Positions 12,240 to 23,455 of a stretch of 64,000 nt of DNA are shown one piece after another; position 1 is the stretch's first letter; every line of letters begins with the position of its first letter. The position numbers and the translations under genes were made by a program. Source of the DNA: Malacoraja senta (Eukaryota). The DNA is taken from positions 13,394,001 to 13,458,000 of the forward strand of contig CM075989.1 in NCBI GenBank assembly GCA_038087875.1. Direction: 5' to 3'. The notes beneath the pieces were generated by a model. That model saw only the letters and a list, made by a program, of their open reading frames with translations. It had not been told where the DNA came from and did not search any database.

Positions 12240-13236
12240 CAAGTCAAGTCAAATTTATCTATATATAGCACATTTAAAAAACAACTCTCGTTGGCCAAAG
12301 TGCTTTACATTTGTTATAAGAATAGCACAAACAAAACAAACTACATACATATATACATGTAGCCCTCACTCAGAGGACGTCAGGAAAGGCTTGGGAGTAT
12401 AGATAAGTCTTTAGTCTTGACTTAAAAGAGTCGATGGAGGGGGCAGTTCTGATGGGAAAGGGGATGCTGTTCCACAGTCATGGGGCTGCAACCGCAAAGG
12501 CGCAGTCGCCCCTGAGCTTATGCCTGGACCGTGGGATATTCAGCAACCCCAAGTCGGACGATCTGAGGGGCCTGGAGGTGGAGTGGTGGGTGAGAAGACT
12601 TTTTATGTAGGTGGGGGCAAGCCCATTGAGGGCTTTGTAGACATGGAGGATCTTGATGTTTATATGGAACCGCACAGGGAGCCAGTGGAGAGGCCAGGAT
12701 CGGGGTGATGTGGTCCCTTTTTCGGGTGTCCGTCAGGAGTCTCGCTGCGGCGTTTTGGACCAGTTGCAGGTGGGACAGGGAAGATCGGCTGATGCCAGTG
12801 TAAAGGGAGTTGCAGTAATCTAGGCGGGAGGAGATGAATGTGTGGATGATCTTTTCAAGGTCATCAAACTGGAGGAATTGTTTTATTTTAGCTATCGTCC
12901 GAAGCTGAAAGAAGCTATCTTTTACCACGGCATTGACTTGTTTGTCAAATTTCAGTGCTGAGTCAAATATCACGCCAAGGTTTTTGACGTGAGGTTTGAG
13001 TAGTGGGGTAAGGCTTCCAAGGCTGCCTGCTATCATTTTGATTGAGTCCGAGGGGCCGAGAAGGATGACCTCAGACTTACTCTCGTTTAGTTGGAGGAAG
13101 TTCTGGGCCATCCAACACTTTATATCCTCGAGGCAGTGGGTAAGGTTAAACAGATTAGATTGTTTTTTGGGCTTCAGGGGGAGATAGAGTTGTGTATCGT
13201 CTGCGTAGCAATGGAAGGAAATGCCGTTGATGTCGA
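12240..13236 (-). mobile_element. L2-clade LINE, 5'-truncated RT fragment
   Basis: HCYADDTQLYL...SSRLDYCNSL...LQLVQNAAARLLT; one frameshift near 12690; (ACTTG)n tail at 12240; candidate TSD CAATATAT (12232-12239, 13237-13244). Confidence 0.85.
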
Positions 13237-14174
13237 CAATATATGTTGATGTCTTCAGCACAAATAAGAGGCATTTAATTAAAAACTTGTCATCGCTGTT
13301 AATTTTGCTTTGTTGGATATTGAGAGTGATAATCTTTTTTTTTCCAAATGGAGAGTGGAAAACCACGGAACAGGCAAAATTGAGCGACTGAGGTCTATTA
13401 CCTTGATCCGAAGCACCACTCCTAAGATAATCAATTTAGCAAACTGTTCGTGCTCCCCCATCTTAAAATTCTATAAGCTACCTTGTATAGCTATGGATAG
13501 TGATTGAAATTTCTGGCATTTGATATTAATAACATACCAGAATTTGCACTTGGAACACACGTTAAATACAAAAACCCACTACAATAATTCTGATCACGGA
13601 CTGAATATTAGAAGAGATAATAACTAGAGTTTATCACTTCCATTCTATCCCTACTCCATAATCATCAAACTATGACCAATGTGCAAAACTAAACTCCTCG
13701 TGAATTAAGTTAGACCGGGATCTGACAACACAAGATTATACACTTAATTCTTTCAAGGAAGATATCACAAAATCACAGGAAGAGGCCATTCTGCCATAAT
13801 GTACCCAAGACACTATAGAACAGAATATGGTTGACCATCTTGAATTAGCTAGCAACCCTATCATTTTAAAGGACAAACAGGGATAGCCAATAAATGCTGG
13901 CCTTTCCAGGACAATCCAGATTTTAAAGAAAAATAAGTAAAAATACATAAAATTTGAGGTCCAGTCTATGACAAATACTAAGGCAAACCTCCATCACTCT
14001 TTGAAATAGCCAGTTAAGTAATCCCAATCTGCTCACATTTTCTCTCATGTAGCAATCTCCTTTGTGATAATAAATAAACTTCATTTTGAAATTTCAGTTA
14101 GGTTTACTCTAAGGTTTCTCATATTTATCTTGACTTTGCAAAAACACATTTCAATGTTGTTGCACATTCCTTAC

Positions 14175-14278
14175 GTTTTAGTGCTTTTCTTTTCCAGTTT
14201 CACTTCTGCTTTCTTATTGAGATCAGCCAAGCACGTAGACACATACAATTTCTTCACGTCACTTGAAACTGCAGGCAT
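14175..14278 (-). CDS. USP8: USP8 (ubiquitin C-terminal hydrolase 8/UBPY) first coding exon
   Basis: Translates MPAVSSDVKKLYVSTCLADLNKKAEVKLEKKSTK, resembling the vertebrate USP8 N-terminus (MPAVASVPKELYLSSSLKDLNKK). 104 nt, GTAAG donor. The 5'UTR part probably extends to a ttctgcag acceptor at 14370. Confidence 0.95.
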
Positions 14279-14630
14279 TTTGAAAAAACTGTGATCTTCA
14301 ACAGTCTGGAACAGAAGTGGTCCGTTCTATATTTACTTTCAGGCGCAGCTGGAATATGCACATAATTTGGCTGCAGAAATATTTAAAAAAAAAGCTCCCA
14401 AGAGTTACTGGCTTTAACAATTCAAAGAAACATTAAAGTCATCTTTAAAGAAAAGTATTTTAATATCTCACAGGCAACACAAAGAACAAATGCCCCGTTT
14501 GGTGGACAAAAAGGGTCACAAAAAGGGTCAAACAAACGCACACGATGTTATTGAGATTGAAAGATACAGTTCCAGTTTCATTCTTACTCGTAAAACATCC
14601 CCCATTAGGAAACTGTGAAAATTGACAACT

Positions 14631-14878
14631 GGCTGCACAGTGGAGGAGTTGCTACCTTACAGCTGACTACAGCTGCTGTCTGTAGTTTGTAAGTTCTCCC
14701 TGCGACCACATGGGTTTTCTCTGGTGGCTTCCGTTTACTCCCACGTTCGAAAGATGCGGGTTTAGCTTCTGTTAAAATTGGCCCAAAATACTAGGAATAA
14801 CATAGAACTCGTGTAACCGTTGTTTAGTGTGGACTTGGTGGGACGAAAGTCCTACTGTATCTCTACACCAAACTAAAA
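14631..14878 (+). mobile_element. V-SINE (decayed)
   Basis: V-domain GGGTTTTCTCTGGTGGCTTCCGTTTACTCCCAC. Another decayed copy lies near 11770-11910. Confidence 0.65.
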
Positions 14879-15479
14879 TTTTGCAATTATTTTTTTTTCC
14901 CCACCAGGTGCCCTGTGTTGTGGGTAAACTGATGGCTTGTGAAGGACAAAATTATTGCAATATCACAAGCCTGTCATGGATACTGGAAATATATTTAATC
15001 AACGTGCAGGGTAGGGGAAAATAAAATAACAATGAACCAGGACAACATGCTGCCTTGAAGGATTTAATAGCTACAGATAGAAATGATTTAAAGGGATATG
15101 GGACAAACGCAGGCAAATAGAACTAGCTTGGATAAACCTCTTGGTCGGCATGGACAAGTTGGGGCCAAAGGACCTGTTTATATGCCATATGACTATGATT
15201 CAGACTCATTTAATAGTCAACCAAACAGGTCTTTTGAATCTCGCATCTCTGCAAGGAAACAAGCTTCTCAATACTTCTTCCACAAGCTTGGCCAACACCA
15301 GACACCCAAGCTTGGTCAGACATCAGAAACATTAATCCTAATAATAACAAGATTTTGGTTTATGCCTAGACTTCGTACTTCTGCTGCCATTAAAGCAGTC
15401 GGCTGGTGTACGCAAGCCATGAGCCAGATTTACATTTAGATTTTTCAGAGGGGTCCAGGACCTGTATTCAGGGATGGCA

Positions 15480-15905
15480 AGGGTCCAGATTCGGACTCGA
15501 GGAAGTAGTCTAGCGGCCCAATCCGCGGAGGTGCAGGAAGGGGGATGGAAAGGTTCCGGACTCCAGGACCCGGCTCGGAATCGAGGCCCAAACCTCAGAA
15601 TCAAAGTCCAAGCTTAGTCCGCGAATCCTTGCAAGGAGACTTAGACCCGGTTGTTCTGTAACTTCCAAAAAAAAAACACTCGGGTACCGTACGCAACGCA
15701 GTGAAGAATCAGTCCGCCGCTCTCCAGCGTTTCCGCTCCGCTCAGTTTCACTCCGCGACCACAGGATTCCACCAGTGCGCATGTGCAACAGCATGTAAGA
15801 TCCGGTCGATCAGCTGGGTTGTTGCATCGACCAGAACCAAGGAGGCTTTGTGGGTGCGGCCTCCAAGCAGGAGGAACTCTCCATTGCCGTCTGTGGCGGG
15901 AGGCT
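15480..15905 (-). promoter_or_regulatory. USP8: CpG-rich promoter / non-coding first exon region of USP8
   Basis: Local CpG enrichment about 1.1-1.6 kb upstream of the ATG exon. NRF1-like TGCGCATGTGCA at 15776-15787 (one mismatch to consensus). Exact exon-1 donor not determined. Confidence 0.65.
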
Positions 15906-18235
15906 GAAAATATCACATCTACCGGATCTAAATCGCTGGTAAAGAAGTGTTGTCACCGCCACAGCAGCCCCCCAATGGGATTAGAGAACATTTAGATAAT
16001 TAACATCACCAAAACAAGTTTAAGGGATGAATGTACGCAAGACTCAAGCCTAATTTTCCATAAAATATTCAGAAAGACACCAGCGGCCACTTCATTTCTC
16101 ATGACTGCACTCGTGTGTCACTGTGAGGAGTCTGCTCTCGCTCATTGAGGTTGAGGATGACTTGTTTCACGTCGATTCTTTGTTTCACGTCGATTCTGAG
16201 GTGAATGATGAGGTCAATATGGGACTCACAGGCTACCATGGGGAGAGGCTAGAAAAGGAAGTGATTCATGGGCAGGTGACACTGACAGACAGATAGGTGG
16301 ATAGGCAGATGCGAATGAATAGCGTGGCTATATTCCTAACATGGGTAGGTTAATGTAACTAGGTGGAAGTCAGCAAGGACATGGTGGTATTAAGAACTTT
16401 CAGCCCGTGAATCAACGGGATTCACAAACCCATTGTTAATAAGACGTTGTACACCAGGTTCCAAACTACCCAACTGCATCATCAAACACCTTTGCCCCAT
16501 CTGCAAAATAGTCTGCAGTTTCTATATTAGCCTCATTATTAACCAAAATTGAACAGAACTATAATGGAAGCAAATCGTTCTCAATCCTCAGGTAATGCCC
16601 AAGAAGACTGGAGCATTATCAAACCAGACTGCATTAAGAGATTATTAGGACTGACGACCACATCGATTTTAAGGACAGCTTTAAAGTTAGAAAAAGAGAG
16701 ATGTATGGTGGAATTCTGAAGTTTGGAGCCTTGGCAGCTGAAGATATTGCATTTAATATTACATTATTACAATCGGATATCAAACACAAAAACCGCACAA
16801 ATAATTTGAAGCATTGCAGTGCTGGAGCCAATTAATAGATGACCAGCATGACAGATGTACATATCACAACATACATTTCAGGGTTTTTACATGAGCACAG
16901 GTTATGGAGGATGGAAGATACAATAAAAAGATATTCGTTTTTCATTACATGATCTGTATTATTGGTATGACTGGCAAATCAAATTCCTTGTATGTTGCAA
17001 AACATACTTGGCTAATAAAGTATGATTATGATTTATTATCTGTTCCTAATTGTTTGAGAAATTGTTGCTGAGCACTTTAACTACTGCAGCCCTTCTTGTG
17101 AAGCTGCTCATGGTCCATCAGGAAAGAAGTTTCAGGATTTAGATTCCATGTTAGGGTTGGTAATAAATGCAGATGATAGTGCATTGCTCAGTGAAGGTTT
17201 GGAAGATGTCTGTTGCAGCCTAGAAGCTAAGCTGCAGTAATTTTATAGATGGTAATCACTGCAGCAACGGTTCACCAATATAGGAGGGAATTATTATTTA
17301 AGGTATTGAATGGAGTAGCAATCAAATGGGCAGTTTTGTCCAGGATGTTGGTGTTGAGTTTTTTGAGCACTGATAGAGCTGTTCTCATCCAGGCAAATGA
17401 ATATTTGATCTGGCTGGAAAGGCATTAGAATGTCAATTGAGTCATACACTGCATTACTTACTTTTGCAGCCAGTGTATTTCTGAGGATAGTCCAATTGAG
17501 TTGTTGGTCAATGGTGGCCAGCTGGAAGGTGATTGTAGAAATATGTTATGGTAGTAATGCTTTTGATTAAAACTAGATGGTTATATTCCAACTGGTTTTG
17601 CACTGGTCTAATGTGAATATTATTTGATGAAACATCATCCACAAGTGCATAGGCATTGACAAGTCTAGGAGGTAGCAAAGGCATCCATAATGATCCCAAT
17701 AGCTCTCCTGGTAACTCAAACCTTCCAGACCCCGTAACATCTTTGTAAATCTTTTTTGCACCCATGACAGTTTAATGATCCTTTCTCTAGCAGTCCGCAA
17801 GTATTATACACAGTGCTCCTGATGTGGCTAATGTATTGAAGAGCTGCAACAATAGACAACAATAGGTGCAGGAGTAAGTCATTCGGCCTTTTGAGCCAGC
17901 ACCGCCATTCAATGTGATCATGGCTGACCATCCACAATCAGTACCCCGTTCCTGCCTTCTGCCCATATGCCTTGACTCCGCAATCTTTAAGAGCTCTATC
18001 TAACTCCCTCTTGAAAGCATCCAGAGAATGGATCCACAGACTCACAACTCTCGTGTAAAAAAGTATCACACAGTATGATACACAAGTATCAAACATTACG
18101 TCTCAATTCCGGGAACTATACAACAACCAGCCTGCTAAATGCCGCCTTCATCATCCTGTCAAACTGTGTTATCACTTTCATAGAAATATGTACCTAGGGC
18201 CGTATGGAGTGTTATAGAACATAGCGACCATGAGC

Positions 18236-19090
18236 TATGAAGAGGATGCTGAGGCTGCAGGATGACTTGGATAGGTTGGGTGAATGGGCAGATGCAGTAT
18301 AATGTGGATAAATGTGAAGTTATCCACTTTGGTGGCAAGAACAAGAAGGCAGGTTATTATCTGAATGGTGCTAGATTAGGAAAAGGGGAGGTGCAATGAG
18401 ACCTGAGTGTCCTTGTACATCAGTCACCGAAAGTAAGCATGTAGGTACAGCAGGCAGTGAAGAAAGCAAATGGCATGTTGGCCTTCGTAGCGAAAGGATT
18501 TGAATATAGGAACAAGGAGGTCCTACTGCAGTTGTACAGTGCACTGGTGAGACCACACCTGGAGTATTGTGTGCAATTTTGGTCTCCTAATTCGAGGAAG
18601 GACATTATTGCTATTGAGGGAGTGCAGAGTAGGTTCACCAGGTTAATTCCCGGGATGGCAGGACTGACATATAATGAAACAATGGATCGACTGGGCTTGT
18701 ATTCACTGGAATTTAGAAGGATCTTATAGAAACATATAACATTCTTAAGGGAATGGAAGGCTCAATGCGGGATAAATGTTCCCTATGTTGAGGGAGTCCA
18801 GAACCAGGGGTCACAGCTTAAGAATAAGTTAGGCCATTTTGGACTGAGATGAGGAAAAACTTTTTCACCCAGAGTTGTGAATCTGTGGAATTCCCTGCCA
18901 CAGAAGGCAGTGGAGGCCAATTCACTAGATGTTTTCAAAAGTTAGATTTAGCTCTTAGGGCTCGGGGAATCAAGGGATATGGGGAAAAAGCCTGAACGGA
19001 GTACTGATTTTGGATGATCATCAATGATCATATTGAATTGCGGTGCTGGCTCGAAGGACCTACTCCTGCACCTATTTTCTATGTGTCGAT
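18236..19090 (+). mobile_element. CR1-like LINE 3' fragment
   Basis: KKANGMLAF...LYSALVRPHLEYCVQFWSP; 3' UTR ends in CCTACTCCTGCACCTATTTTCTATG. An inverted copy of the same 3' end lies at about 17850-18060. Confidence 0.88.
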
Positions 19091-19094
19091 GATT

Positions 19095-19750
19095 CCTGCA
19101 CCAAGATGGCGGCGGCTGCGGCCTCAGCGCGCGGCCCGGGTCACGTGCGCCCACCTTCGCCCTCCGCGGTCCGCCTTGCGCTGTATGCCAGCGCGGGGCC
19201 TGCGGCACGCGGCGCCCGTCCTCAGCCCGAACCCCACACCGACCCGGAGCCAGAGACGGCGGTCGAGGTAGGTGAAAGTCGCAGTGAGAGGTAGATGCAG
19301 GCTCCTGCTCCCCGCGCGGGCGGCCTGAAGCTTTTCCAGGTCACGCTGAGGCGATGGCCGACCGGATGTGGAAGTTGATCCCTTTCTCTGCGCCTTAAAC
19401 AATAATCGACTTCCCCCGGAAAGGCGCCGGGCCCCGGGCCGCCGCACGCTTCCTGTTGCCCCGAGTGCGGCGAGAGCAAGGCTACGGCTAATACCGTCGG
19501 GATGTGTCCTGTCCCGGGTTGCTGCCTGTCCGGGCCTGGAGGCCCGGGCGTTCGCTGCATTCTCCGTCCGTGGGCCAGGGCCGAATCTCGACTCGCCCGC
19601 TATGAGTCGGGCCCGGGCGGGAAGGGAAAGGGGCACAGGGTAGTTGTAGAGCTGGGTCAGTGCGAACCCGGGGGTTGACAGACAGAAGCCCTTCCCCAAA
19701 TATCCAGGTCGGGCAGAAATAGGCAGCGTTGCCCGCTCTCAATCAGTTCA
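19095..19750 (+). promoter_or_regulatory. GABPB1: CpG island / promoter and first exon of GABPB1
   Basis: Very GC/CpG-rich. YY1 motif CAAGATGGCGGC (19102-19113), E-box CACGTG (19142-19147), several ETS cores (19362-19455). Candidate donors after 19267 (GAG|GTAGGT) and 19339 (CAG|GTCACG). Confidence 0.8.
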
Positions 19751-20750
19751 ATAATAAGATTTCCCGGAGGATGCGAGAACCATCTATCTCCACCACGAGT
19801 ACACCATAAATACGGACAAATTCCCTACGCTCGAAGGCTCTGAAAGTGGCTGCAGATGTTTTAATACATTTGGTGGGTGGGGAGAGAGAGACGGGGACAT
19901 TAGAACTCCCCCCACCCCTCAATGTTTGACGTTTTCCAGGTGGGTTTAGTGAAGCTGTGGAGACAAAATTACATTGCAGACCGGTACCACGTCCAAAAGA
20001 ACGTGCGATTAAAAAAAATGTCCAATTTAATGTAAAATTGATTTAGTGACACGAAGTAAAAGTTCGCAAGTGTTTTTGTGACTAAAAGGCTGTTATCGGG
20101 AATTCCGCAGGGCCCGGTGTTTGGTCTGTTGCTTTTGGTGGTACATATTATTGTCGATGGGGATCTAAACGTTAGGGGGCTGATAAGGACATTTACAGAT
20201 GATACAAACATTGGTGAGAAATAAAACTATGATCGATTTGAGAAAAGGTATCTTGATTTCAGAGACGTGTAAGATAAAGCAGGGGAATATAACATGAATG
20301 GGAGGCTATTGAGTGATGTAAAGGAACAGAAGGATGTGGGGCTACACACCAATACCTTGCTCAGTGCTCTAATTCATTATGATGCTGTTTACTGAATGTG
20401 GTCTTTCCGTCCATACCTTCACAGACTGCCAGTAACCTGATGCAAACACTGATCATTCAGCAAACCATTGCAGTGGCTTGGCTGTCGATGGGGGGCTGGC
20501 ATTGGACTGGATGGGGAGAGTGAATTGCCTGCTCAATGTTGAAATGGGGGATGATCTTCACAGTGAGTGTGGGCAATGATGTGAACAGACAGCAGCTGGT
20601 CTGTATGTTGGAGGTCATGGAAGTTGCTATCTTCCCAATTTCTGTTTGACTACACAGCTCACTCAAGCCCAGAGCCTTTACTATGGTAACATGCTCAACA
20701 GTAGTACTATAATGACATCTCTGGGCTGGGGAGATAAGAGAGACTTTCGG

Positions 20751-20924
20751 GTAGACACAAAATGCTGGAGAAACTCAGCGGGTGAGGCAGCATCTATGGA
20801 GAGAAGGAATTGGAGACATCGCCAATTCCTTCTCTCCATAGATGCTGCCTCACCTGCTGAGTTTCTCCAACATTTTGTGTCCACCTTCAATTTTACCAGC
20901 ATCTGTAGTTCTTTCTTAAACAGG
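20751..20924. mobile_element. Palindromic PLE-derived short element
   Basis: Near-perfect hairpin 20751-20885, flanked by GAGACTTT(C/A)GGGT (20740-20752, 20925-20937). The hammerhead core is missing from the loop. Confidence 0.8.
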
Positions 20925-21169
20925 GAGACTTTAGGGTCCGGCTACTCAGTCCACCTAGGCAGCAGCCATTGCCAAGTCCCAGCAACAGCCGGCACTTGCC
21001 TTGCTGATGAATATGCAGCACCGAGCTCCACACCTTACCGCAAAGTGAATGCATTGCCTTGTCCCAGCCTGTTTTCCCAGACAGCCTCTCCACACCTAGT
21101 AAAGCGTAATTTATTGCAGGATTTGCCCCAGTTCCTAGCACAGGCCATGCTCTGACAGCAGCACTGTCA

Positions 21170-21598
21170 AGGGGCTGTCCCACTTGGGCGACCTAATTGG
21201 CGATTTTAGAAGAGTTTTTAAAAAATGACATGTTGAAGACCTCCTTCGACTATGTTAAAGACTAGCTACAACTAACTTTGGGAAAATTGGAGAGTGAAAA
21301 CGACCTCCTTCGACCTCCCTTCGACTATGATGAAGACTATCTTCGACTACCTTCGACTAACATGCCGACCTACTATGATCTACTACGACGATTTTTTCCA
21401 TGGCAACCTTTTTTTACTCGCGGGCATTTTTTTACATATTTCAAAAACTCCGTGACCTAGCTGAGGCCTCGAGTACATGGAGACCACTCTCGGGCATGAA
21501 GGAGAGTTACGAAGACCTCCTACGACCTTGTGTCGACCGTGCTGCGAGTATGAGTCGAGGGTGAACTCGCGGATTAGGTCGCCCAAGTGGGACAGGCC
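21170..21598. mobile_element. MITE with CTGTCCCACT terminal core (Harbinger-like)
   Basis: GGCTGTCCCACTTGGGCGACCTAAT / ATTAGGTCGCCCAAGTGGGACAGGCC inverted termini; internal TTCGAC repeats. Confidence 0.75.
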
Positions 21599-22024
21599 AG
21601 TAATCCATCTCTCTCTGTAGAAACAAGGAATTGCAGATGCTGGTTTACCAAAAAAGAGTAATTCAGTGGGCCAGAAATGCTGCCTAATCTGCTGAGTTAC
21701 TGCAGCACTTTGTGTCTTTTCCTCGCTACACAATGTTGCAATGACCTCCTTCAGCACTGATTCCATTAGCACCTGCATTCCAGGGAACAAATCCTGGGTA
21801 CCAGTGGATACACTGATCATTATCTATAGCAGCACATTTCATTTAGGTGGTTAAAAAAGCCATGAAGGATGCTATCCTCAATTAATCAAGGCAGTGTACT
21901 AGAACTAGGGAGTTATACTAGAAATCTATACAATACCAGTTAGACCACATCTTGAGAACTGCACAGTTCTAATAATCACATTACAATACATGTATAATTT
22001 CACTGAAAAGAATGACAATCGTAA

Positions 22025-22312
22025 CTTTAGAGATACAGCGTGGAAACAGGCCCTTTGGCCCACCGAGACCGCACCGACCAGCGAACACCCCGCACACAAG
22101 CACTATCCTACACACTATGGAATATTGCAGAAGCCAATTAACCTTCAAACCTGCATGCCTTTGGAGTGTGGGAGGAAACTGGAGCACCCAGAGGAAATCC
22201 GCGCAGTCACAGGTAGAACGTACAAACTAGGTACAGACAGCACCTGTGGTCAAGATCAAACTCGGGTCTCAGGCATTGTAAGGCAGCAACTCGACCGCTG
22301 CGTCACTGTGCC
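22025..22312 (-). mobile_element. tRNA-derived V-SINE (HE1-like)
   Basis: GGCACAGTG..GCAGCGGT A-box, GAGTTTGATC B-box-like motif, V-domain GGGTGCTCCAGTTTCCTCCCACACTCCAAAG, CR1-like tail. Confidence 0.8.
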
Positions 22313-22540
22313 ACACACTAAGGATAGCTGGAATAAACTTGTATTTCCAAATTAGTGTATTACATTTAGTGCTCACAATGTGGCCTGCTGTTGGGGAAGA
22401 AACCACACAGATTAGATGACAATTTTGCTGAAAACCTATTAATTTCACTGGACATGATGAGTTTCCCCTTGCCTGCAACCTTAAATCTTCACCCACTCCT
22501 ACTATTCCAATGAAGCCCAAGATAGGCTTGAAGAACGTAG

Positions 22541-23455
22541 TGTGTAGGAAGGAACTGCAAATGTTGGTTTAAACTGAAGATAGACACAAAAAGCTGGAGT
22601 AACTCAGCGGGACAGGCAGCATCTCTGGAGAGAAAGAATGGGTGACGTTTCAGGTCGAGACCCTTCTTCAGACTGGATAGGGATAAGGGAAATGAGAGAA
22701 AAAGATGATGATGTGAAGAGATAAATAACAATTAATAAAAAAGATGCAAAAAAGTAACGATAAAGAAAACAGGCCATTGTTAGCTGTTTGTAGGGTGGAA
22801 AAGATAAGCTAGTGTGACTTGGGTGGGGGAGGAATAGAGAGGGAATGCCGGGGCTACCTGAAGTTAGAGAAATCAATATTCATACCACAGGGCTGTAAGC
22901 TGCCCAAGCAAAATTTGAGATGCTGTTCCTCCAATTTGCGTTTAACTCTGATAATGGAGGAGACCGAGGACAGAAAGGTCTGTGTAGGAATGGGAAGAAG
23001 AATTAAAGTGTCCGGCAACCGGGAGATCAGGTAAGTTCAGGCGGGCTGAGCGAAGGTGTTCTGCACAATGACCGCCCAGTCTACGTTTGGTCTCGCCGAT
23101 GTATAAGAGTCCACATCTTTAACAATGGATACAGTAGATGAGGTTGGAGGAAGTGCAAGTAAATCTCTGCCTAACCTGAAAGGACTGTCGGAGTCCCTGG
23201 AAGAGGGAGGAGATATAACGTCAGGTGTTGCATCTTCTGCAGTTGCAGGGGAAGGTACCAGGGGAGGGTGTGGTTTGGGTGGGAAGGGATGAGTTAACCA
23301 GGGATTTGCTGAGGTTCTCTGTGTAAGGCGGAAAGGGGTGGAGATGGGAAAATGTGGCTAGTGGTGGGATCCCATTGAAGGTGGTGAAAATTTTGGAGGA
23401 TTATGTGTTGTATGCGACAGCTGATGGGATGGAAGGTAAGCACTAGGGGGACTCT
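22541..23455 (-). mobile_element. Penelope-like retroelement 3' fragment (degenerate GIY-YIG endonuclease plus terminal repeat)
   Basis: The minus strand reads PGTFPCNCRRCNT ... NLIYCIHC*RCGLLYIGETKRRLG..AEHLRS ... EEQHLKFCLGSLQPCGMNIDFSNFR* (stop at 22854-22856). This is a Cys-rich linker plus the bipartite GIY-YIG motif typical of PLEs. Confidence 0.85.
22644..22671 (-). ncRNA. Minimal type-I hammerhead ribozyme core in the PLE terminal repeat
   Basis: CTGAAGA-A-GGGTCTCGACCT-GAAAC-GTC: CUGANGA box, stem II GGGT/ACCT, GAAA box, GUC cleavage triplet. Confidence 0.72.

Noticed and set aside
19124..19699. 191-aa minus-strand ORF and other overlapping ORFs in the CpG island
   Set aside because: Stop-poor GC-rich sequence yields ORFs in all frames; Arg/Ala/Gly/Pro-rich with no domain.
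20646..21155. 169-aa ORF with a mirrored antisense ORF
   Set aside because: Artefact of the palindromic PLE-derived hairpin.
21230..21400. Short repeated TTCGAC units resembling a CRISPR array
   Set aside because: Irregular, no constant repeat-spacer period, enclosed in MITE TIRs, eukaryotic context.
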